Part shown: piece after piece, positions 18,152 to 28,952 of the stretch
Numbering within the stretch: the first letter of the stretch is position 1
Layout of the letters: every line of letters starts with the position of its first letter
Origin: Xanthomonas campestris pv. campestris str. ATCC 33913
GTDB taxonomy: Bacteria > Pseudomonadota > Gammaproteobacteria > Xanthomonadales > Xanthomonadaceae
DNA: 32,000 nucleotides
Assembly (NCBI RefSeq): GCF_000007145.1
Contig: NC_003902.1
Span: 4,763,426-4,795,425, forward strand
Direction: 5' to 3'
Notes under the pieces: generated by a model
Told to the model about the DNA's origin: nothing
Database searches by the model: none
Seen by the model: the letters and a program-made list of their open reading frames with translations, nothing else
Made by a program: the position numbers and the translations under genes

Positions 18152-19174
18152 ATGATCATCGACTGCCACGGCCACTACACCACCGCACCTGCTGCCCACG
18201 ATGCGTTCCGCAAGGCGCAGATCGCCCATCACGACGACCCGCAGCAACCGGCCCCGCAATACCCGCACATTTCCGACGACGCCCTGCGCGAGAGCATCGA
18301 ACAGCACCAATTGCGATTGCTGCGCGAGCGTGGCGCGGACATGACCATTTTTTCGCCACGCGCCAGCACCATGGCCCACCACATCGGCAACGAAGCGGTG
18401 AGCCAGGTCTGGACGCAGCGCTGCAATGACCTGATCGCGCGCGTGGTGCAGTTGTATCCGCACACCTTCATCGGTGTCTGCCAGCTGCCGCAGTCGCCGG
18501 GCGTTCCGATCAGCCACTCCATCGCCGAGCTGGAACGCTGCGTCAACGAACTAGGCTTTGTCGGCTGCAATCTCAATCCCGACCCGTCGGGCGGGCACTG
18601 GAACGGCGTACCGCTCACCGACCGTGCCTGGTACCCGTTCTTCGAGAAAATGGTGGAGCTGGACGTGCCGGCGATGGTGCATGTGTCCGGCAGCTGCAAT
18701 GCCAACTTCCACGCCACCGGTGCGCACTACCTCAACGCCGACACCACCGCCTTCATGCAGTTCCTGGAAGGCGATCTGTTCCGCGACTTCCCGAGCTTGC
18801 GCTTCATCATTCCGCATGGCGGCGGCGCGGTGCCTTACCACTGGGGGCGCTTTCGCGGGCTGGCCGACATGCTGGGCAAACCGCCGCTGGCCACGCATGT
18901 GATGCGCAATGTGTTCTTCGATACCTGCGTGTATCACCAGCCGGGCATCGACCTGCTGTTCGAAGTGATCGACATCGACAACATCCTGTTCGGCTCGGAA
19001 ATGGTGGGCGCGGTGCGCGGCATCGACCCGCAGACCGGGCATTACTTCGACGACACCAAGCGCTACATCGATGCGCTGACCATCTCCGATGCAGACAAGC
19101 GCAAGGTGTTCGAAGGCAACGCGCGGCGGGTCTACCCGCGCCTGGATGCGCAACTGCGTGCGCGTGGGCTGTAG
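18152..19174 (+). CDS. ligJ: 4-oxalomesaconate hydratase (amidohydrolase_2 family, LigJ type)
   Basis: 340 aa. MIIDCHGHYT, GFVGCNLNPDPSGG, PAMVHVSGS, IIPHGGGAVPY, NILFGSE and ISDADKRKVFEGNARRVY parallel the LigJ sequence as I remember it. Confidence 0.88.
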   Translation: MIIDCHGHYTTAPAAHDAFRKAQIAHHDDPQQPAPQYPHISDDALRESIEQHQLRLLRERGADMTIFSPRASTMAHHIGNEAVSQVWTQRCNDLIARVVQLYPHTFIGVCQLPQSPGVPISHSIAELERCVNELGFVGCNLNPDPSGGHWNGVPLTDRAWYPFFEKMVELDVPAMVHVSGSCNANFHATGAHYLNADTTAFMQFLEGDLFRDFPSLRFIIPHGGGAVPYHWGRFRGLADMLGKPPLATHVMRNVFFDTCVYHQPGIDLLFEVIDIDNILFGSEMVGAVRGIDPQTGHYFDDTKRYIDALTISDADKRKVFEGNARRVYPRLDAQLRARGL

Positions 19175-20216
19175 CGGTGTTCCCTTCTCCCATCGGGAGA
19201 AGGTGCCCCGCAGGGGCGGATGAGGGTACGTGCGAAGCCTCTGGCACTCCAACCACTGCGAGTGGCTTCGCCCCGTACCCTCACCCCTACCCCTTTCCCG
19301 CAGGAGAGGGGATGTAGTCCGCCGCGGTGTAGTGGCCCAGAACGCCAGGCGGGTCTACCCGCGTCTGGATGCGCAACTGCGTGCGCGTGGGCTGTCGCGG
19401 TGTTCCCTTCTCCCATCGGGAGAAGGTGCCCCGCAGGGGCGGATGAGGGTACGTGCGAAGCCTCTGGCACTCCAACCACTGCGAGCGGCTTCGCCCCGCA
19501 CCCTCACCCCTACCCCTCTCCCGCAGGAGAGGGGATGCAATCCGCCGCGGTGTAGTGGCCCAGAACGCCAGGCGGGTCTGCCCGCGTCTGGATGCGCAAC
19601 TGCGTGCGCGTGGGCTGTAGGTGTTCCCTTCTCCCATCGGGAGAAGGTGCCCCGCAGGGGCGGATGAGGGTACGTGCGAAGCCTCTGGCACTCCAGCCAC
19701 TGCGAATGGCTCCGCCCCGTACCCTCACCCCTACCCCTTTCCCGCAGGAGAGGGGATGTAGTCCGCCGCAGTGTAGTGGCCCAGAACGCCAGGCGGGTCT
19801 ACCCGCGCCTGGATGCGCAACTGCGTGCACGTGGGCTGTAGCGGTGTTCCCTTCTCCCATCGGGAGAAGGTGCCCCGCAGGGGCGGATGAGGGTACGTGC
19901 GAAGCCTCTGGCACTCCAGCCACTGCAAGTGGCTCCGCCCCGTACCCTCACCCCTCTCCCGCAGGAGAGGGGATGTAGTCCGCCGAGGTGTAGTGGCCCA
20001 GAACGCCAGGCGGGTCTGCCCGCGTCTGGATGCGCAACTGCGTGCGCGTGGGCTGTAGGTGTTCCCTTCTCCCATCGGGAGAAGGTGCCCCGCAGGGGCG
20101 GATGAGGGTACGTGCGAAGCCTCTGGCACTCCAGCCACTGCAAGTGGCTTCGCCCCGCACCCTCACCCCTCTCCCGCAGGAGAGGGGATGTAGTCCGCCG
20201 AGGCGTAGTGGCCCAG
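19118..20216. repeat. tandem array of five composite units (223, 223, 221, 217 and 215 bp); each unit is the ligJ 3' end plus hairpin module A plus hairpin module B
   Basis: Unit starts (AACGCsnGGCGGGTCT) are at 19118, 19341, 19564, 19785 and 20002, and the array ends after GTGGCCCAG at 20216. Unit 1 begins with the authentic last 57 bp of ligJ. Within unit 1 the hairpins are 19183-19203 (CCTTCTCCC/GGGAGAAGG), 19205-19217 (GCCCC/GGGGC), a long imperfect one pairing 19218-19239 with 19264-19285, and 19290-19311 (CCCCTTTCC/GGAGAGGGG). Confidence 0.92.
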
Positions 20217-20273
20217 GAAGTATGCGGATTTAAACCATTGTTGCGATCAAACCCCGCAACCCTCCACAAACGC

Positions 20274-20301
20274 AAAAACCCCGCCTCTCGGCGGGGTTTT
20301 T
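20274..20301. terminator. bidirectional Rho-independent terminator (ends the rpmB-rpmG transcript; also faces ligJ and the array)
   Basis: AAAAA-CCCCGCC-TCTC-GGCGGGG-TTTTT. The GC stem is perfect, with an A-run upstream and a T-run downstream. It lies 29 nt beyond the rpmG stop. Confidence 0.88.
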
Positions 20302-20329
20302 GTTGGAAGCAGATCACGTAATCGGTGGA

Positions 20330-20497
20330 TTACTTGATCTTGCCTTCCTTGTACATGACGTGCTTACGCACGACCGGGTCGTACTTCATCATTTCCATCT
20401 TCCCCGGAGTGTTTTTCTTGTTCTTATCCGTGGTGTAGAAGTGGCCGGTAGCGGCCGAGGAAATCATACGAATCTTGTCACGCTTGCCTTTTGCCAT
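20330..20497 (-). CDS. rpmG: 50S ribosomal protein L33
   Basis: It is absent from the track because it is under 60 aa. My translation is [59 protein letters not shown] lies upstream, 13 nt after the rpmB stop. Confidence 0.95.
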
Positions 20498-20510
20498 GAC
20501 TGCTTACTCC

Positions 20511-20747
20511 TCAGACCTTTTCGCCGCGCGCACGCAGCTCTTTCAGAACGGCATCAATCCCGTTCTTGTCGATGGTGCGCAACGCATGCGCGGAAACACG
20601 GAGCTTGACCCAGCGGTTTTCGCTGGCGACCCAGAAGCGGCGCTCGTGCAGGTTGGGCAGGAAACGACGACGGGTTCTGTTGTTTGCGTGGGAGACGTTG
20701 TTACCCGTCTGCACACGCTTGCCGGACACTTGGCATACGCGGGACAT
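20511..20747 (-). CDS. rpmB: 50S ribosomal protein L28
   Basis: 78 aa, [40 protein letters not shown]... A GAGGTG RBS lies upstream. Confidence 0.97.
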
Positions 20748-20916
20748 TGCGCACCTCGATAAAGTTTGGTGTCTTCCTTAGCCAGGAAAACGGCGGCCCC
20801 GACAGCGCTTGGCTGCCACGCAACGTTGGGAATCAAGTACTTACGCTGGGAGCAGGCCGGCACCCCATCGCGTTGGGTGCCGCCGTCCGGAGCGATCCGG
20901 GCACAGCGAGCCGCGC

Positions 20917-20945
20917 ATTATGCACGGCATTTCCTTGTGCCGCAA
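20917..20945 (-). promoter_or_regulatory. candidate sigma70 promoter for rpmB-rpmG (TTGCGG-N17-CATAAT)
   Basis: On the minus strand the -35 TTGCGG is at 20940-20945 and the -10 CATAAT at 20917-20922, with an exact 17-nt spacer. It predicts a ~160-nt leader containing the hairpin GGCACCC-N8-GGGTGCC. Confidence 0.45.
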
Positions 20946-21088
20946 GCAGTTAGGGCGCTCCACCGGATGGCTACGCCCGGCTGCCGGGGGCGCGGGGCAC
21001 GGGACTGCATGCGGAGTGGCACGCGCGAACTGGACCAGCTCGCGCGCGCCTGTCGTACAGCGATGCGTCTGCAGCACCCGAGGGAGTG

Positions 21089-25547
<4,459 letters not shown>

Positions 25548-26813
25548 TCAATGATCATGCGACGCCCCCGACTTCCCGATATCCGCCTTCACCAGATAAC
25601 TCTGCTCCACCACCACCACATCCCCCGCCGCCACCCCCGACAGCACCTCCACGTGCTGCGCATCGCGCGCACCCAGCGTCAACGGCCGCACCTCGTAGGT
25701 CTCGCCCACCTGCACGAACACCACCTGCCAATCGCGGAACTGCTGCAACGCGCTCACCGGCATCACCAACTTGGCCGGCTGCTGCGCCACCGTCACCCGC
25801 GCCTTCACTGCCGACCCTGGCCGCCACAGGCCATCGGTATTGCGCAGCACCGCGCGCGCCACCGTGCTCTGGCTGGCGGTTGCCGTGCCTGGCAATACCC
25901 GCTCCAACGTGGTCTGCGCCACCACACCATCGCTGATGCGGGTCACGGTGACCGGCGCGCCGGCGGTGATGTGCCCGGCATCGGCGCCGAAGATGTGCAG
26001 GTCCACCCACAAGGTGGAGAGGTCGGCGATTTCGAACAGTGCCTGGCCTTCGCCGGCATTGCTGCCCACGCTGGCGTTGCGTGCCAGCACGGTGCCGCTG
26101 ATCGGCGCGCTCACGCTGTAGGTGGTCAGGCTCAGATTGCTCTCCACCGTGGCCAGTACCTGCCCGGCGCGCACCTGGTCGCCCACGTTGGCGCGCAGGC
26201 TGCGCACCGGGCCGGGGAAGCGCGCGGTGGCCTGTGCCTGCCCGCCTTCGGCCGGCGTCAACAGGCCCTGTACTTCATGCTGGTCGGCAATGCTGCCGGC
26301 GGCCACCGGCGCCACGCGAATGCCACTTTCCTTGGCGATCGCCGCGGTGATCGTGGTGCGGCCTTCGTAACTTTCATAGGTCCAGCGATGCGCCTTGCCT
26401 TGCACCGTCGCACGCAGCTCGACATCGAACGAATGCGGCTCGGCCACCACGCTGTCGGCCAGCAGGCGGCCATCGGGGCGTGCGCTGAGCCGGTGCACTT
26501 CGGTGGCGCCGCCCAGACGGGTCAGCCGCACCTCCACACTGCCGGCGGTTGCCGGCAGTGGTTTGCCATCGCGGTAGAGCCAGGCCTGGTAGGTGGGCGG
26601 GGTGCCGTCTTCGGCAATCGCCAGCTCGACGCTGTCGCCGTCCTGGCTCAGCAGGCGCCCGCCATGGCTGCCTTTGGCGGCTTCCTCGGCGTGCGCCTCG
26701 CCGCCGTGTTCTGCGGCTTCGCCGGCATGCGCGTGTGCGTCTTCGCCGTCACGGCCGCAGCCGCCCAGCAGCAGCGCCAGCAACAGCGGCGCGATCCAAG
26801 AAGTCGTGGTCAT
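25548..26813 (-). CDS. czcB: RND efflux periplasmic adaptor (membrane fusion protein, CzcB/CusB family), lipoprotein
   Basis: 421 aa from MTTTSWIAPLLLALLLGG|C (lipobox). A His/Glu-rich stretch (DAHAHAGEAAEHGGEAHAEEAAKGSHGG) is followed by MFP barrel and lipoyl blocks. AGGA lies 9 nt upstream of the ATG at 26813. An in-frame alternative start at 27029 is discussed in the findings. Confidence 0.88.
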   Translation of the reverse strand: MTTTSWIAPLLLALLLGGCGRDGEDAHAHAGEAAEHGGEAHAEEAAKGSHGGRLLSQDGDSVELAIAEDGTPPTYQAWLYRDGKPLPATAGSVEVRLTRLGGATEVHRLSARPDGRLLADSVVAEPHSFDVELRATVQGKAHRWTYESYEGRTTITAAIAKESGIRVAPVAAGSIADQHEVQGLLTPAEGGQAQATARFPGPVRSLRANVGDQVRAGQVLATVESNLSLTTYSVSAPISGTVLARNASVGSNAGEGQALFEIADLSTLWVDLHIFGADAGHITAGAPVTVTRISDGVVAQTTLERVLPGTATASQSTVARAVLRNTDGLWRPGSAVKARVTVAQQPAKLVMPVSALQQFRDWQVVFVQVGETYEVRPLTLGARDAQHVEVLSGVAAGDVVVVEQSYLVKADIGKSGASHDH

Positions 26814-27025
26814 GGAAACAGATCCTGTGAGGTGGCCGCGCACTGCGCCTGAGGCAGCAAGCGATGAAGAACAGCGCGTGGCGCTGGTACGCGAGGTGTG
26901 CGTCTGCAGATGTGTGCGTGGCAGCACGCGCAGGCGTGCCGTTGCTGCAAGACAACCGGTGGTGATGCATGCAGGCAGCAGTGCGATCAGCCTGCTGCGG
27001 CACTGCAGGTGCCAGACGTGCAGGC

Positions 27026-28291
27026 TCATGGCGTCACCTGCGCGGGCACGACAAACGGCTGGCCGGTCAGGCGCTGGATTTCGATCAGCGCGGTCTGCGC
27101 CTCCGATGCGGCAGCCAGTTGCTGCTGGCGTGCGTCGTTGTGCTGCGCCTGCAATTGCGCCCAGTCCAGATAACTGGTGGCGCCGGCGCGGTAGGCGCGT
27201 TCGGCAGCAGCATCGGCGCGGGCGAGTGCGGGCAGCACGTCCTCGCGCATGCGGCTGACTTCCAGCTGTGCGGCGCGGTAGCGGCCGTGCGCGTCGGCCA
27301 GCGTGGTGTAGAGCACCAGCACCTGCGACTGCCGTTCGATGTCCAGCAACGACAGCTCCGCTTCGGCCGCGCGGATCTCCGGCCGCGCACGTGCCGCGCT
27401 GCCCAGCGCCAACGACACGCCGCCGACCAGCGCGGTGGCATCGCTGCCCTGCAGGCGGCGCACGCCCACCTGCCAATCCAGATCCGGGCGTGCCTGGCTG
27501 CGGGCCAGCCGCACCCGTGCCTCGCGCACGCGCTGTTCGTTGTTCAAGCGCGCCAGCTCGGGCGTGGCATCGAGCAGCTGCGCCAGCACGTCGAAGTCGG
27601 GAATCGCCGGCAGCTGCAGCGGGTCGCCGGTGACTGCGGCGAAGTCGGGCGTGCGTTCACCCCACAACACCGCCAGCTGCCGACATGCGGCCAACCACTC
27701 CTGCTGCGCGCGATCGCGCTCCAGTTCCGCCCGGGCCTGCAGCGCCTGCGCGGTCAGCACCACCGATTCGGGCGATGCGCCGGCCTGCAGGCGCTGACGC
27801 GCCGCCCGCACGGTGCGCTGCCGTTGCGCCAGCGTCTCCAGCGCCACCGTCTGCCGCTGCGCCGCCAGGCTGATGGCCAGATAGCGCCGCGCCACTTCGG
27901 CCAACACGTCCAGCCGCGCCAGTGCGCGTTGGGGTGCCAGCGCGTCGATGCGTGCCTGGGCCAGGGTGCGGCGCGCGTCGAGCTTGCCGCCGCGTTCCAG
28001 CACGCCGGCCAGGGTGACGGTGAGTTCGGCCTGGTCCAGCACGCGCGCAGGTCCGGTGCCGAACACGTTTTCGACCTGGGCGCCCAGGCGCAACGGCGGG
28101 CGCAGGGCGTCGCGTTCGGCTTCGGCGGTGAGCACCGCACGCTGGCCATCGGCCAGGCGCAGATCGGGATGCTGCCGGGCAACGCGCGCAATGGCGTCGT
28201 CCAGGGTCAGCACGGGTTTGGGCGGTACGTCCTGCGCCATGGCGCACGGCACGACCGCGAAGACGGCAAGTGCCGTCAGTCGCAACCACAT
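27026..28291 (-). CDS. czcC: outer-membrane efflux factor (TolC/CzcC family)
   Basis: 421 aa, with the signal peptide MWLRLTALAVFAVVPCAMA|QD, the start LTLDDAIARVARQHPDLR and two OEP repeats. Confidence 0.9.
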   Translation of the reverse strand: MWLRLTALAVFAVVPCAMAQDVPPKPVLTLDDAIARVARQHPDLRLADGQRAVLTAEAERDALRPPLRLGAQVENVFGTGPARVLDQAELTVTLAGVLERGGKLDARRTLAQARIDALAPQRALARLDVLAEVARRYLAISLAAQRQTVALETLAQRQRTVRAARQRLQAGASPESVVLTAQALQARAELERDRAQQEWLAACRQLAVLWGERTPDFAAVTGDPLQLPAIPDFDVLAQLLDATPELARLNNEQRVREARVRLARSQARPDLDWQVGVRRLQGSDATALVGGVSLALGSAARARPEIRAAEAELSLLDIERQSQVLVLYTTLADAHGRYRAAQLEVSRMREDVLPALARADAAAERAYRAGATSYLDWAQLQAQHNDARQQQLAAASEAQTALIEIQRLTGQPFVVPAQVTP

Positions 28292-28346
28292 GAGGGTGTC
28301 TCCGGAATCGGGATCGATGGACAGGCCGGCAGCTGCCGGCGATGCA

Positions 28347-28733
28347 TCACGCCGCGATCGGGGGACGCAACAGGGTCTCGATCAGGTGCGACCGGTAGAC
28401 GCTGGGCAGCGGCGCCGGCTGCGCCTGCGCGCTGGCCGGCAACGGGCCCCACGCTGCGGCCGACAACAGGGCCGGGCTGTGCCCGTGGCAATAGCCGCTG
28501 TGCATCAGGGCATGCAGCAGGCCGGCGCCATCCTGGTCGCCGCCCGCATCGGCTTCGTCGGCACCGTCGTGGCCATGCGCGGCGGTGTCGTCCAGATGTG
28601 CCTGGTCATGCGCCAGGGCATGCACGTCGCCCAGCGCACAGGCGATGGGCGCGACCAGCACGCCCATCATCAGCACCGCCAGCGCCATCAGGCGCAGCAA
28701 CGGGTGCAACAGGCGGGCGCGGCGAAGCAACAT
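28347..28733 (-). CDS. small His-rich membrane-anchored or secreted protein leading the efflux operon (CzcI/CopL-like)
   Basis: 128 aa. It has an N-terminal hydrophobic helix (LLRLMALAVLMMGVLVAPIACALG), His/Asp-rich DVHALAHDQAHLDDTAAHGHDGADEAD, HALMHSGYCHGH and a C-terminal ...LLRPPIAA. It lies 55 bp upstream of czcC on the same strand. The family name comes from memory of similar small proteins next to metal-resistance operons. Confidence 0.65.
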   Translation of the reverse strand: MLLRRARLLHPLLRLMALAVLMMGVLVAPIACALGDVHALAHDQAHLDDTAAHGHDGADEADAGGDQDGAGLLHALMHSGYCHGHSPALLSAAAWGPLPASAQAQPAPLPSVYRSHLIETLLRPPIAA

Positions 28734-28876
28734 GCCCGCAGCGTATAGAGGCCGGGGGGGTTACACAATCGCAGTGCGGGTGTCTTGTCGCTTTAGGCGT
28801 AGAAACACCGATGCCGGTGTCGGGGTGCGCCTGACGGGTGGACGTCGGTTGGGGATCGGTACGGCTTCGCGGCCAG

Positions 28877-28900
28877 GGCCGCTCCTACGTGGAGCGGGCC
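28877..28900. repeat. single REP-like palindrome (GTAGGAGCG head)
   Basis: GGCCGCTCC-TACGT-GGAGCGGGCC lies between the DUF885 stop and the metal operon promoter region. It has the same GTAGGAGCG core as the repeats at 6916-7135. Confidence 0.5.
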
Positions 28901-28952
28901 ACTGGTGCCGTCTTTCCTGTGCAGGCCGCCGCGTGGCTGCGGGCCCGGGCGA

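Noticed and set aside
19118-20216. Possibility that the regular array is a CRISPR locus
   Set aside because: The period is ~220 bp and every part of the unit is repeated, so there are no unique spacers. The repeats are far longer than CRISPR repeats, and no cas genes are nearby.
18807-20317. About a dozen 60-170-aa ORFs on both strands with repeating peptides (…PSSAPAGHLLPMGEGNT…, …MRVRAKPLALQPL…PQERGCSPP…)
   Set aside because: They are translations of the 220-bp tandem units. The same peptides recur with the DNA period and occur on both strands, and no RBS or start context is present. The ORFs at 11246-11937 over the uvrD-upstream modules are of the same kind.
25548-27476. 642-aa long form of czcB from the ORF track
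   Set aside because: Its first ~150 codons overlap the 3' end of czcC in another frame and read as Arg/Pro/Ala-rich nonsense. Only the starts at 26813 (preferred) or 27029 are plausible.
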